From Deferribacterales bacterium (GTDB lineage Bacteria; Chrysiogenota; Deferribacteres; Deferribacterales; Geovibrionaceae): DNA of 64,000 bases. This document shows positions 29,379-41,193 of this stretch, piece by piece. The stretch is from NCBI GenBank assembly GCA_050251875.1, contig JBFWMA010000003.1, positions 32,001 to 96,000 of the forward strand, read 5' to 3'. Each line of letters begins with the position of its first letter. Positions within the stretch are counted from its first letter, which is position 1. A program made the translations under genes and the position numbers. The notes beneath the pieces are model-generated. The model was given only the letters and a program-made list of their open reading frames with translations. It did not search any database and was not told where the DNA came from.

Positions 29379-31442
29379 TTATATGATTTTTGTTAAATCG
29401 CCCAGCACATTGAACAGACCTATCAGCCGGTTTAGCAAACTTAATCTGTTGTCTTTCACTTTTTCATCCTTTGCCATCACCATGACATTTTCGAAAAAGC
29501 TGTCAACAGCACCGCTGAAGGTAAGCAGCTGAGTCATCGCCTCTGTGAAGTTCTCTTCACTCACCTCTCTATGAATACCGGCAGACTTCGATTCTATCAG
29601 GTCCGCCAGTTCCCTCTCCTGATCAGAGTCAAAAAGAGACCTGTCATACTCTGTGCCTGTATGACCGCTCTTTTTAAGAATATTGTTGATACGTTTGTAT
29701 CCGGCAGAGATGCTGGCAAACTCTTTTGTCTCTCTGTATGCAAAGAGAGCTTTCGCCGCCTTCTCTATCTTTATTATATCACCGGAAACGGACATTGCGC
29801 AGTCTATGCAGTCTGCGGGAATACCATCGCCGTTAAGCATCTGACGGAACCTCTGCATGATGAAGTCTGTAACTCCATCCACAGTCTTCTCTTTGTCGAA
29901 TTTGATATATCCGCTCAGGATGTCTGCGCTCTTCTCCGCCAGCTCTCTGATGTCTGTGCGCAGTCCCTTGTCTCTGATGATGTTCAGAACGCCGATGGCG
30001 CCTCTTCTCAGAGCATAGGGATCCTGATTTCCTGTAGGTATCAGGTTGATGGCGAAGCATCCTGTTATGGTGTCTATTTTATCCGCCATGGAAACGAAGG
30101 CTCCGGCGTCTGTGGACGGCAGAACGTCTCCGGCGAATCTGGGCATGTAGTGTTCGTCAATGGCTGTCGCCACTGTGTCGTTTTCTCCCTGGAGCTTGGC
30201 ATAGGTTTTACCCATGATGCCCTGAAGCTCGGGGAACTCGTATACCATAGAGCTCAGCAGGTCGGCCTTGCAGAGGAAAGCGGCTCTGTCTGTGTCTTTC
30301 ACGGCTGAGGGAGCGAATCTCTCCGCCAGATAGACAGCCAGCGCTCTGAATCTTTCCATCTTGGCATATGATGTGCCGAGTTTTTCCTGATATGTCACTT
30401 TTTTCAGCTCTTCCACACGGTTAGCCAGAGGATATTCCCTGTCGTTTTCCCAGAAGAAAGCCGCATCCGCCAGCCTGGCTCTCAGAACTCTGGCATAGCC
30501 CGCCTTCACCACGGAAGGGTCTTTGGGCTGGGTGTTGGACACGCCGATGAATTTATTTACGAGTTTTCCGTTTTTATCAGTTACATAAAAATATTTCTGG
30601 TGGTTCTTCATAGATGTGATGAGCACTTCGGCGGGGATGGACAGGTATTTTTCCTCGAACTCTCCCATGAGAGCCACGGGGTATTCCACAAGACCTGCCA
30701 CCGTGTCCAGCAGATCTTCGTCCAGATCCACCTTATAGCCCGTCTCTTTCTCTATGTCGGCTATCTGCTTTCTGACGAAATCTTTGCGCATGTCGGCAGA
30801 GACATAGACGTACGCTTTTTCCAGCTTAGCTATATAGTCGGCGAAATCTTTCACCTGAAAATATTCGTTGGCGTGAATGCGGTGACCCATTGTCTGGCTG
30901 CCGCTTTTTATGCCGTCTATCTCGAAATTAACGGTTTTATCTCCGAACAGAGCCAGAAACCAGTGGATCGGTCTGGCATAGCGGAAGTTATTGTCGCCCC
31001 AGCGCATGGATTTTTTGAAGGGGATGCTCTTTATGATGCTTACGCAGAGAGTCTCCAGCAGTTCCAGAGTGTCCACGCCTTTCGTCTTTTTGACACCGCT
31101 AAGATATTCGCCCTTGTCTGTGGTCTCTTTTTTCAGCGTGCCGAAATCGAGTCCTTTTGATTTGGCGAATCCCTCGCCCGCCTTTGTCAGGGTGCCGTCA
31201 GGGTTGAAGGCGATATTGGCGGGAGGTCCCATGATGATCTCTTCACGGTCGGGCTGTTTCTCGCTGAGCCCTTCTATATGGATATAGCTTCTTCTGGGGG
31301 TACCATCGGACTCTACTTTTGTAAACTCCATACCCTCTTCTTTAAGTTTTTTCGAAAATTCTTTTGTAAGGTAATCGCTTGTGCCCGCTATAAATCCAGC
31401 GGGTATCTCTTCGCTTCCTATTTCAAGGAGAAAATCGGGCAT
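29379..31442 (-). CDS. glyS: Glycine-tRNA ligase beta subunit
   Basis: LLEIGSEEIPA, KSMRWG, EFPELQGIMG, DPYALRR, NRLSLL. Confidence 0.96.
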   Translation of the reverse strand: MPDFLLEIGSEEIPAGFIAGTSDYLTKEFSKKLKEEGMEFTKVESDGTPRRSYIHIEGLSEKQPDREEIIMGPPANIAFNPDGTLTKAGEGFAKSKGLDFGTLKKETTDKGEYLSGVKKTKGVDTLELLETLCVSIIKSIPFKKSMRWGDNNFRYARPIHWFLALFGDKTVNFEIDGIKSGSQTMGHRIHANEYFQVKDFADYIAKLEKAYVYVSADMRKDFVRKQIADIEKETGYKVDLDEDLLDTVAGLVEYPVALMGEFEEKYLSIPAEVLITSMKNHQKYFYVTDKNGKLVNKFIGVSNTQPKDPSVVKAGYARVLRARLADAAFFWENDREYPLANRVEELKKVTYQEKLGTSYAKMERFRALAVYLAERFAPSAVKDTDRAAFLCKADLLSSMVYEFPELQGIMGKTYAKLQGENDTVATAIDEHYMPRFAGDVLPSTDAGAFVSMADKIDTITGCFAINLIPTGNQDPYALRRGAIGVLNIIRDKGLRTDIRELAEKSADILSGYIKFDKEKTVDGVTDFIMQRFRQMLNGDGIPADCIDCAMSVSGDIIKIEKAAKALFAYRETKEFASISAGYKRINNILKKSGHTGTEYDRSLFDSDQERELADLIESKSAGIHREVSEENFTEAMTQLLTFSGAVDSFFENVMVMAKDEKVKDNRLSLLNRLIGLFNVLGDLTKII

Positions 31443-31606
31443 TTTTACACCTAAATGTGATTATTTTAGTCTTTAACATCCTATATATAAACGAGGCATA
31501 TTTCAAGAAGTTTATAACGGAGATATGAATAGATGTAAAGAAGTTCCGCAATCCTTTGTGATAAAGAGAATAAGCTATAGGAAATGTCTATATGCGCATA
31601 GAAAAC

Positions 31607-31637
31607 AAGAAAGAAGGGCGGCATTTAACATGCCGCC
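31607..31637 (-). terminator. Probable terminator after leuD
   Basis: Minus strand GGCGGCAT-GTTAA-ATGCCGCC-CTTCTTTCTT. Confidence 0.6.
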
Positions 31638-31646
31638 GCAACCTGA

Positions 31647-32249
31647 TTATTTAAAGGAATATTGAAGTGTTTTCTCAAAAGCCTTCACAGCGTCCAGACC
31701 GTCCAGCAGACCAGCCAGAGAGTCATAGCTTCCTTCCAGAAACGCTTTTCTGGAGTTAGGCTTGATATCAACGGCGTATTCTTTGCCGTCAAACGTCACT
31801 ACTTTTTTATCCACGCCTATTGTCATCTCGGCTTTGGGGTTCGCCTCCACAGCCTTCATGATGGCTGATCTGGTGGCTTTGTCCGCTGTGGCGCAGACTA
31901 TGCCCAGAGTTGTGCAGTTGCCGAAGAATATCTCGGCGAAGCTGCCTGCGATAACAGCGTTGAATCCGGCACGCTTGATAGCCTGAGGAGCATGCTCACG
32001 GGATGAGCCGCAGCCGAAGTTGTCATCGGACACGATGATGGAAGCGCCCACATACTGTTCTTTGTCTATGGGGTGACCGATGGATTTTCCGTTTGCGTCA
32101 AAACGCTCGTCATAAAAAAGCTGACCGCCCAGCGCGTCAAAAACCACGCATTTCAGGAATCTGGCGGGGATGATGCGGTCTGTATCTATATCGTCTCCGG
32201 GAACGGGGACTGCTCTTCCTACTACTTTAGTTATAGGTCCAAGGCTCAT
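31647..32249 (-). CDS. leuD: 3-isopropylmalate dehydratase small subunit
   Basis: DIDTDRIIPARFL, NFGCGSSREHA. Confidence 0.96.
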   Translation of the reverse strand: MSLGPITKVVGRAVPVPGDDIDTDRIIPARFLKCVVFDALGGQLFYDERFDANGKSIGHPIDKEQYVGASIIVSDDNFGCGSSREHAPQAIKRAGFNAVIAGSFAEIFFGNCTTLGIVCATADKATRSAIMKAVEANPKAEMTIGVDKKVVTFDGKEYAVDIKPNSRKAFLEGSYDSLAGLLDGLDAVKAFEKTLQYSFK

Positions 32250-32250
32250 A

Positions 32251-33645
32251 TTAACCTCCTATCTCAAAAACTTTTCTGGCGTCTGTTATCGTGCCTGTCA
32301 CAGCGGCGGCTACAGCCATCACGGGGGACACGAGCAGGGTTCTGCCTGTGGATGATCCCTGTCTGCCTTTAAAGTTTCTGTTGGATGTGGACGCGCTGAT
32401 CTCTCTGCCCACGAGCTTGTCGGGGTTCATAGCCAGACACATTGAGCATCCGGGCTCTCTCCACTCGAATCCGGCTTCCACAAAGATCTTATCCAGTCCT
32501 TCCGCCTCAGCCTGTTTTTTAACACCGTATGAGCCGGGGACAGCGAGGGCTCTCACGCCTGCGGCGACTTTGCGTCCCTTGGCGTATTTAGCCGCTTCAC
32601 GGAAATCTTCTATACGTCCGTTGGTACAGCTTCCGATGAAGACAACGTCAACTTTTTTGCCGTCCATCTTCTCTCCGGCGGAAAATCCTGTGTATTCCAG
32701 AGCTTCCTGCATAACCTCGTTGCTCACGGCGGGGATAGCCTGTGAAATTCCGATGGCGTGCTCGGGTGTTATGCCCCATGTAACCATGGGCTCTATGTCT
32801 TCGCCTTTGAATGTTACGACATCGTCATAAACAGCATCTGCGTCTGACTTCATGCTGTTCCAGTAGGCAACGGCTTTGTCCCATTCTTTGGGAGCATAGG
32901 GTTTGCCTTTCAGGTATTCATATGTTTTCTCATCGGGGTTGATGTAGCCCACTCTGGCTCCGCCCTCGATAGCCATGTTGCAGACTGTCATTCTGCCTTC
33001 CATGCTCATGTCTTTTATGACATCGCCGCAGAATTCGTATGCATAGCCCAGACCGCCGTTAACGCCGAGTTTGCTGATTATATAGAGGATAACGTCTTTG
33101 GCGTATACGCCGGGTTTCAGTTTTCCTGTCACTTCCACCTTGCGCACTTTGAAAGGAGCGATGGACATGGTCTGTGTTGCCAGTACGTCACGCACCTGAG
33201 ATGTGCCGATGCCGAAAGCGATAGCGCCGAAAGCGCCGTGTGTGGCAGTGTGGCTGTCTCCGCAGGCTATTGTTGTTCCCGGCTGGGTAACACCCTGCTC
33301 AGGACCGACTATATGCACAACGCCCTGACGCTCTGTCTCGGGGTTGAAAAATGTTATACCGTGCTCTCTGGTGTTCTTTTCTATGGCTGAGTACATCTCC
33401 TCCGCCATAGGATCCGCCAGAGGTCTTTTGCGGTCGGTGCCTTCTGTGGGGATGATGTGATCCACAGTGGCGAAAGTTCTCTCAGGAAACGCTACCTTGA
33501 TATTGTGCTCTTTGAGCATGGCGAACGCCTGAGGGCTGGTGACCTCGTGGATGAGGTGCATGCCGATGAAAAGCTGTGTCTGGCCGTTAGGAAGAACACG
33601 GACAGCGTGAGCGTCCCAGACCTTTTGGAAAAGGCTTTTTCCCAT
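32251..33645 (-). CDS. leuC: 3-isopropylmalate dehydratase large subunit
   Basis: [34 protein letters not shown]. Confidence 0.97.
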   Translation of the reverse strand: MGKSLFQKVWDAHAVRVLPNGQTQLFIGMHLIHEVTSPQAFAMLKEHNIKVAFPERTFATVDHIIPTEGTDRKRPLADPMAEEMYSAIEKNTREHGITFFNPETERQGVVHIVGPEQGVTQPGTTIACGDSHTATHGAFGAIAFGIGTSQVRDVLATQTMSIAPFKVRKVEVTGKLKPGVYAKDVILYIISKLGVNGGLGYAYEFCGDVIKDMSMEGRMTVCNMAIEGGARVGYINPDEKTYEYLKGKPYAPKEWDKAVAYWNSMKSDADAVYDDVVTFKGEDIEPMVTWGITPEHAIGISQAIPAVSNEVMQEALEYTGFSAGEKMDGKKVDVVFIGSCTNGRIEDFREAAKYAKGRKVAAGVRALAVPGSYGVKKQAEAEGLDKIFVEAGFEWREPGCSMCLAMNPDKLVGREISASTSNRNFKGRQGSSTGRTLLVSPVMAVAAAVTGTITDARKVFEIGG

Positions 33646-33689
33646 AATACACTCCTTATATATACTGTTAAATACATTACTATTATACT

Positions 33690-33766
33690 GTCATAGCGAG
33701 GAGCGAAGCGACGTGGCTATCTCAATCGATGAGATTGCCGCACAGCCAAAGGCTGCTCGCAATGAC
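33690..33766. repeat. Palindromic repeat family 1, full copy upstream of leuC
   Basis: GTCATAGCGAGGAGCGAAGCGACGTGGCTATCTC...GAGATTGCC...CTCGCAATGAC. Confidence 0.88.
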
Positions 33767-33866
33767 AATTCAGGGAAATGATTTTCTACAATACAGCCCG
33801 ATATGTCAAATGTAAAGTGAAAAGTTTGATTATATTTAAAAAAGTTCAGCGAAACTAGATTAACTT

Positions 33867-34379
33867 TCATTTATTAAAAGCGTTCTCCGCCAGCTTAAGC
33901 AGAAAAGCGGCAATATCCTTAGGCCATTCCTTAATATTCTCAGCGAATTTTTCTCTGTCTCCGGCAAAGAGCGCCCTTACAGCCTCCTCATACCCGATCC
34001 TGTTTCCGCAGATCGCCATCATGGTTCTGTAGCACGCCTCCTGAGAATCCGTCTGCCTGCCCGCCTCTTTCATGGCGGCGTCCACCAGCCCCCGGATTGT
34101 TTCGGAAGCCCCGCCCTCCTGTTTGCTCAGCCAGCGCCACTGCTTCGGCAGAAGAGACACCTCTCTGGACACCACGCCCAGCTTCGGACGCCCCCTCCTC
34201 ACTCTGTGCGCGGCGGGAATTTCACCCAGATCTGTCTGCTCGCCTGTCCTGTCGTTAAAGACCAGCACCTGACCTATGCCGTTTCTGCCCAGAGCCTCCG
34301 TCAGCTCCTCTCTGGTGCCGGAAGCTATTTTCAAACCTCCGAAAAATGCGGTGAATCTGTCTTCGGGTTTCTTACTCAT
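33867..34379 (-). CDS. DUF2239-family protein
   Basis: LVFNDRTGEQTD, RGRPKLGVVSREVSLLPKQWRWL...GGAS, GYEEAVRALFA; ATG 34379 after GAGGTG. Confidence 0.85.
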   Translation of the reverse strand: MSKKPEDRFTAFFGGLKIASGTREELTEALGRNGIGQVLVFNDRTGEQTDLGEIPAAHRVRRGRPKLGVVSREVSLLPKQWRWLSKQEGGASETIRGLVDAAMKEAGRQTDSQEACYRTMMAICGNRIGYEEAVRALFAGDREKFAENIKEWPKDIAAFLLKLAENAFNK

Positions 34380-34392
34380 ACCACACCTCTGC

Positions 34393-34446
34393 ATAATATT
34401 ACCCGGGTAATATTATCCTGTCAAGCATTTTTACCCGGGCAAAAAT
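34393..34446. promoter_or_regulatory. Two palindromic operator-like sites over the putative DUF2239 promoter
   Basis: ATAATATTACCCGGGTAATATTAT (34393-34416, perfect 24 bp) and ATTTTTACCCGGGCAAAAAT (34427-34446); minus-strand TTGACA at 34424-34419 with TAATAT 17 bp downstream. Confidence 0.75.
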
Positions 34447-34529
34447 AGCGTAAAACGCAATATTAACTGCACCGAACCCTAAATTTTCCTCTTGATTTTT
34501 ACCTTTTCGGATTATATATATTAACTCTG

Positions 34530-34556
34530 TTAGCACTCGACACCCATGAGTGCTAA
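34530..34556 (+). promoter_or_regulatory. CIRCE element (HrcA operator) upstream of groES
   Basis: Exact TTAGCACTC-N9-GAGTGCTAA. Confidence 0.97.
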
Positions 34557-34608
34557 TATCCTAAAAAGGACTTTATAAAAAACTAATAGAGGAAAACGGA
34601 GGAAACAA

Positions 34609-34902
34609 ATGGCACAGATCAAACCTCTTCAGGACAGACTCATTGTCAAACGCTTCGAATCTGAAGAAAAAACAGCTTCAGGCATCATCATCCCCGACAG
34701 CGCTAAGGAAAAACCCATGGAAGGCGAAGTTATCGCTGTGGGTCCCGGACGCACATACGACAACGGCAACAAAATGACCATGACCGTTAAAGTCGGCGAC
34801 AAAGTTCTGTTCGCTAAATATGCCGGAACAGAGATCAAATTTGATGGCGAAGAGCTTCTCATCATGAGAGAAGACGACATCCTCGGCATAGTAAGCAAGT
34901 AA
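34609..34902 (+). CDS. groES: Co-chaperonin GroES
   Basis: [29 protein letters not shown]. Confidence 0.98.
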   Translation: MAQIKPLQDRLIVKRFESEEKTASGIIIPDSAKEKPMEGEVIAVGPGRTYDNGNKMTMTVKVGDKVLFAKYAGTEIKFDGEELLIMREDDILGIVSK

Positions 34903-34927
34903 TTTTAAGTAATTTAAGGAGATTTGA

Positions 34928-36574
<1,647 letters not shown>

Positions 36575-36614
36575 TCTGCCCCCGAAACCTGCTCCCTGTT
36601 TAAAAACATCACCT

Positions 36615-36643
36615 AAACCCGCTGTAAAAGGCGGGTTTTTTTT
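36615..36643 (+). terminator. Intrinsic terminator after groEL
   Basis: AAACCCGC...GCGGG followed by T8. Confidence 0.85.
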
Positions 36644-36755
36644 GTCTATAATTATAAATTTTTTTAATTGATACGAACTTTAATTATTCATTTCAGATTA
36701 ATTTCATGCTATTAAATTTACATTCTTATTACATATTCCGGACATAGGGGATTAC

Positions 36756-38744
36756 ATGCGCATTTTATCTAATCTGAAACTGAAAGAACAGTTCATGGTA
36801 ATAGCCGGACTGTTCCTCGCCTTCGTTGTTTTCGCCTCCATAGCGATGGCAAAGCTGGACTCAGGGTTTATGACAACTCTGAATGATTTTATGAATCATC
36901 CGGTACACGCCAAGATGAAGATACTGGAGGTATCCGCCGACACAAACGCTCTCAGCTCGCTGACCCGTGACATAATGCTGGGCTCTGACATGGAGAAGGA
37001 CATGACCCTCTTCAGAGAGAAGCGGGAAAAGATTAAGGACGCTTTCAAAGAGATCATCGCCGCCGACCCCACAGGCGAGCACAAAGCAATGATTTCCGAC
37101 ACTGAAAACGCCGTAACAGCTTTTCTGGACAAGAGCTATGAGTCTCTCTCTACAGGCTCCGGCATGAGCCAGGAAGAGCGTGCTTCCATGTATCAGACAT
37201 ATCTGTCCGAAACAGCTCCCCTGGCGGAGACAGCCCACGAAAAGCTCAGCGGTCTGGTTCAGGCGGCAGACGCCGCTTACGCATCTTCCGTGGACACAGC
37301 GAAATCAGACATCAGCAAACGCCTGATGTTCCTCTATCTGATAGTTCTCATCGTTACAGTGGTTCTGATGTCGCTTCTTTATCTGATGTACAGAATCATA
37401 TCCGCTCCCATAAAATCTATTCTGGACATCATCCACACACTGGCGCAGGGAAAAGGCGACCTGACCCCCAGAATCAGACAGGACACAGACAAAGAGAGAA
37501 GCATGCTCTCCATGCTCTCTCATCACTTCAATACATATCTGGATTCCGTGAATAAAGACTATGCAGACACCCTCTTCATGGTGGGAGACGCAGGCGAACA
37601 TACCATGCCCGTCACCACAGCCATAGTAAAGGTGCGTGACTCCGTGGAGAACAACGTGGAGATGGCGACACAGGTTGCCGCCGCCGGAGAGGAGATGGGC
37701 GCCACCATCAGCGAGATAGCCAACTCCGCCAACGAATCAGCCGAAATGGCACGATCCACAGTGGAACTGGCGAAAAGAGGCGGAGAAGCCATCAACATAG
37801 CGAAAGAAACATCCGACAATGTAGCCACAATCATAGACAAGCTGGAATCCGAGATAAAAAGCCTTACGGAAAAAGCCTCAGAGATCAGCAATGTTATCTC
37901 TGTTATAAACGACATATCCGAACAGACCAACCTGCTGGCGCTGAACGCCGCCATCGAGGCCGCCAGAGCCGGTGAGGCGGGCAGAGGTTTCGCCGTGGTG
38001 GCTGATGAGGTCAGAAAACTGGCTGAAAAAACTCAGCATTCCACCAAAGAGATAGAGTCCATGGTCGGCTCTATGAACAGCAATATAAATCAGGTATCAA
38101 GAGGCGCACTGGAAGTGGTAGCCGCCCTGTCCACACAGAGCGATGCCACAGAGAACGCATACACCAGCTTTCAGACCATTCTGGGCGCTATAGAGGAGCT
38201 TAATTCTCTGGTGACAGGCATATCAGCGGCGGTGGCTCAGCAGTCCGCCACGACAACCCAGATTATGAGCAACGTAACCAACGTGGCTGAAAACTCTGAA
38301 AACACCAAAAACATAATCATCTCTCTGGTGGACGACACAGACAGACTGCTCTCCAGCATCAAGGGTATTTCCGACAAATACACAAAATATAAGCTGACAA
38401 GCAGAGCCTTCTATTTCGCCTCCGCCAAAGTGGCGCACATCAACCTGATGAAAGGCATATTCGACTGCTATTCCAAAAACCAGTGCCAGGTGAACATACC
38501 CGACCACACCACCTGCGCATTCGGACAGTTTTATTATAACGAAGGGATGCAGATGTTCGGAAACGACTCCGATTATAAAGCGATGGAATCCCCTCACAAG
38601 GCTGTTCACACCACAGCCCACGCCGTTCTGGATCTGATAAAGGCGGGCAGAAGACACGAGGCGGACTTACAGCTTCCGCATCTGGAGTCGCTGGTGAAGG
38701 ATTTTGTCTCCATGCTGGACGACATGATAAGAAAATACAAATAA
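36756..38744 (+). CDS. Methyl-accepting chemotaxis protein with C-terminal CZB zinc-binding domain
   Basis: Two TM helices; [35 protein letters not shown]-terminal H...[11 protein letters not shown]...H..VH. Confidence 0.93.
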   Translation: MRILSNLKLKEQFMVIAGLFLAFVVFASIAMAKLDSGFMTTLNDFMNHPVHAKMKILEVSADTNALSSLTRDIMLGSDMEKDMTLFREKREKIKDAFKEIIAADPTGEHKAMISDTENAVTAFLDKSYESLSTGSGMSQEERASMYQTYLSETAPLAETAHEKLSGLVQAADAAYASSVDTAKSDISKRLMFLYLIVLIVTVVLMSLLYLMYRIISAPIKSILDIIHTLAQGKGDLTPRIRQDTDKERSMLSMLSHHFNTYLDSVNKDYADTLFMVGDAGEHTMPVTTAIVKVRDSVENNVEMATQVAAAGEEMGATISEIANSANESAEMARSTVELAKRGGEAINIAKETSDNVATIIDKLESEIKSLTEKASEISNVISVINDISEQTNLLALNAAIEAARAGEAGRGFAVVADEVRKLAEKTQHSTKEIESMVGSMNSNINQVSRGALEVVAALSTQSDATENAYTSFQTILGAIEELNSLVTGISAAVAQQSATTTQIMSNVTNVAENSENTKNIIISLVDDTDRLLSSIKGISDKYTKYKLTSRAFYFASAKVAHINLMKGIFDCYSKNQCQVNIPDHTTCAFGQFYYNEGMQMFGNDSDYKAMESPHKAVHTTAHAVLDLIKAGRRHEADLQLPHLESLVKDFVSMLDDMIRKYK

Positions 38745-38752
38745 CTTTCATT

Positions 38753-38781
38753 AAAAGGGGTCTGGCGACCCCTTTCTTTTT
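38753..38781 (+). terminator. Intrinsic terminator after the MCP gene
   Basis: AAAGGGGTC-TGGC-GACCCCTTT-CTTTTT. Confidence 0.8.
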
Positions 38782-38827
38782 ATAAAAAATAATTTGCTAT
38801 ATTTCATATCCTGATACAAAATCCTGT

Positions 38828-40330
38828 ATGAAGCTTTTTAATCCGGGCAGACGATTTCTCAGTTTACAGGTAAAGATAAGTATCCTTATCTTTGTGATTA
38901 TGATGTGCTTCTCGCTCACCGCCGCCCACCGGATGAGCGAAAACGTAAAGAAACAGATAGCCGATATCACAGGCAACTATATACAGAGTATACCTTTTCT
39001 CATAGACAGCGCTATTTACAACTTCATGCTGAACGGCGACAGACAGTCTATAAAACGGCTGATGATCCAGCTTCAGAACGACAAAAACATTGTCGGCGTA
39101 CACGTCTTCAACCCCAGGTGGAAGCTGACCGAATCTCTGCCGGAATTCATCCACAAATATGACCCGAAATACATAGACAGCATAGTCCGCAACAGGATAG
39201 ATGACGGGCTCAAAGAGAATATGATAGACGGAAAAAAGGTGCTGTCATATTACACCCCGATAAAGAACAATCAGGAATGTCAGCTCTGTCACCTGCCTTC
39301 CGAGGGCAAGGTTCTGGGCTATCTGAACATTAATATCAACCTGACGCACATGACCCAGATTCTGGAGATGGACGCCGCCAACATCAAAAAGATCATGATA
39401 CTTTTCAACATAGTCCTCTTTATCCTGCTCGCTGCTTTGGTAAACATTCTGGTGGTTCACCCTGTCAGGCGCATAGAGCACGCCATGCAGGAGGTAGCAA
39501 ACAGCAATCTGGACGTGCGGCTCGATGTGAAATCCGAGGACGAGTTCGGCAGAATGTCCCGCCTGTTCAACTACATGGCGTATTCCCTGCGCAAATCTTT
39601 CAAAACCATCAGCTCCATACACAAGAGCATGATGCACAACGACCGTCTGATGACTATCGGAACACTCACCGCCGCCGTCAGCCACGAGATAAAAAACCCG
39701 CTCAATTCCATCATGCTGAACGCCGATATCCTCTCTCTGAAATGCGGCGAACAGAAACAGTATGCCGAGCGCATAGCCGCTGACGCCTCCCGCATAAAAG
39801 ACATTATAGACAATACGCTGAATTTCTCCCGTCTGGATGACGAACGCCACAACAGAGATATAGACATCTATCAGTTCATGGACGATTTGTGCCACTATGC
39901 GGACAGAACCCTGTTCAAATGGACCCAGATACCTTTCAAAACAGACGTGGAACGCAGACTCGGATTCATATACGCCAACCCTGTGCATCTGGAGCAGATC
40001 TTTCTGAATATTCTCAGAAACGCCTCCGAAGCGGTGGAGAACAGCGAAAGCCCGCTGGTTTCCATCTCTGCCTACAGAAACCACGACAAAACCGTAATAA
40101 CCGTAAGCGACAACGGAGCCGGTATCCCATCGCACATGAGAGAGATGATATTCAACGAGTTCTACACAACCAAACAGAACGGAACAGGCATAGGGCTCTA
40201 CATTGTGAAGGAGCTCACCGAGAAATACAGCGGAACCATCACTTTCGAATCCGAAACAGGCAGGGGAACAGTGTTTAAAGTTACGCTTCCCTCGTCTGAT
40301 AAACCGCACAGCGGTATTGATAATACTTAA
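38828..40330 (+). CDS. Membrane HAMP sensor histidine kinase with extracytoplasmic CxxCH
   Basis: Two TM helices flanking CQLCH; HAMP (DEFGRMS..FN), SHEIKNPL, DNGAGI, GTGIGL. Confidence 0.92.
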   Translation: MKLFNPGRRFLSLQVKISILIFVIMMCFSLTAAHRMSENVKKQIADITGNYIQSIPFLIDSAIYNFMLNGDRQSIKRLMIQLQNDKNIVGVHVFNPRWKLTESLPEFIHKYDPKYIDSIVRNRIDDGLKENMIDGKKVLSYYTPIKNNQECQLCHLPSEGKVLGYLNININLTHMTQILEMDAANIKKIMILFNIVLFILLAALVNILVVHPVRRIEHAMQEVANSNLDVRLDVKSEDEFGRMSRLFNYMAYSLRKSFKTISSIHKSMMHNDRLMTIGTLTAAVSHEIKNPLNSIMLNADILSLKCGEQKQYAERIAADASRIKDIIDNTLNFSRLDDERHNRDIDIYQFMDDLCHYADRTLFKWTQIPFKTDVERRLGFIYANPVHLEQIFLNILRNASEAVENSESPLVSISAYRNHDKTVITVSDNGAGIPSHMREMIFNEFYTTKQNGTGIGLYIVKELTEKYSGTITFESETGRGTVFKVTLPSSDKPHSGIDNT

Positions 40331-40376
40331 CCAAACTGCTATAACAGAAATAAATAAAAGCAAAACCGGAGATAAT

Positions 40377-40889
40377 ATGGCGGACAAAGGAGTGAAAAAA
40401 CTCTGGGCGCCCTGGCGGATGGCATATATTTCACGTCTGGGCGGAAAAGACGAAGGGTGCATATTCTGCTCGAAACCCAAGTCTGACAAGGACAGAGACA
40501 ATCTCATCCTCTACAGAGGAAAACATGCCTATGTCATCATGAACCTGTATCCGTACAACAACGGCCACAGCATGGTTATTCCATATAAACACACATCCGA
40601 TTTCACCGATCTGAACGATGAAGAGATGCTGGAGATAATGCAGCTGGTGAAAAAGACGATCAACGTTTTCAAAAAAGTGTTCAACCCCGAAGGCTTTAAT
40701 ACCGGATTCAATCTGGGCAGAGCCGCCGGAGCCGGAATCAGCCAGCATATCCACTTTCACATCCTGCCCCGCTGGGTGGGCGATACTAACTTTATGCCTG
40801 TTATCGGAGAGACGAGAGTTATCTCCGAGCATATACACGATACTTATGATAAACTTAAGGCAGCTTTCGACGAGGAGGAATCAGGATGA
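40377..40889 (+). CDS. HIT-family hydrolase
   Basis: LWAPWRM, CIFC, NLYPYNNGH, HIHFH; ATG 40377 after GGAG. Confidence 0.92.
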   Translation: MADKGVKKLWAPWRMAYISRLGGKDEGCIFCSKPKSDKDRDNLILYRGKHAYVIMNLYPYNNGHSMVIPYKHTSDFTDLNDEEMLEIMQLVKKTINVFKKVFNPEGFNTGFNLGRAAGAGISQHIHFHILPRWVGDTNFMPVIGETRVISEHIHDTYDKLKAAFDEEESG

Positions 40890-41185
40890 GAGCCATTGCA
40901 GGACTTATAAAGATCGCCGTGACACTGGTGATCATCGTTTTTGCCATTTTAAATACCGGACCTGTTGAAATACAGTATTTCTTCGGCGCTCCCATGCTGA
41001 AAATGCCTGTGTTCATAGTTGTTCTCGGCGCTATGCTGCTGGGTGTCATACTCACCACGCTTATGTACTATCTGGACAGGTTCAAGCTGTCGCACACCGT
41101 CAGCGTTCAGAAGAAACAGATCAAAAAGCTCGAGGACGAGCTTGAGCGTCTCCGCAACATTCCCTTTACCGACATGAAAGATTAG
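40886..41185 (+). CDS. LapA/DUF1049-family membrane protein
   Basis: Two TM helices (FAILN..V...F) and a coiled-coil tail; directly upstream of a LapB-like gene. Confidence 0.8.
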   Translation: MRAIAGLIKIAVTLVIIVFAILNTGPVEIQYFFGAPMLKMPVFIVVLGAMLLGVILTTLMYYLDRFKLSHTVSVQKKQIKKLEDELERLRNIPFTDMKD

Positions 41186-41193
41186 AGGTCTAT

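Noticed and set aside
31443..31606. T-box leader for glyS
   Set aside because: I see no T-box consensus or specifier stem; the region is AT-rich and promoter-like.
33646..33866. Leucine attenuator upstream of leuC
   Set aside because: No Leu-rich leader peptide seen; the hairpins belong to repeat family 1.
39245..40507. 420-aa minus-strand ORF
   Set aside because: Shadow frame opposite a kinase and the HIT gene; no recognisable domain. Similar antisense ORFs occur throughout the window.
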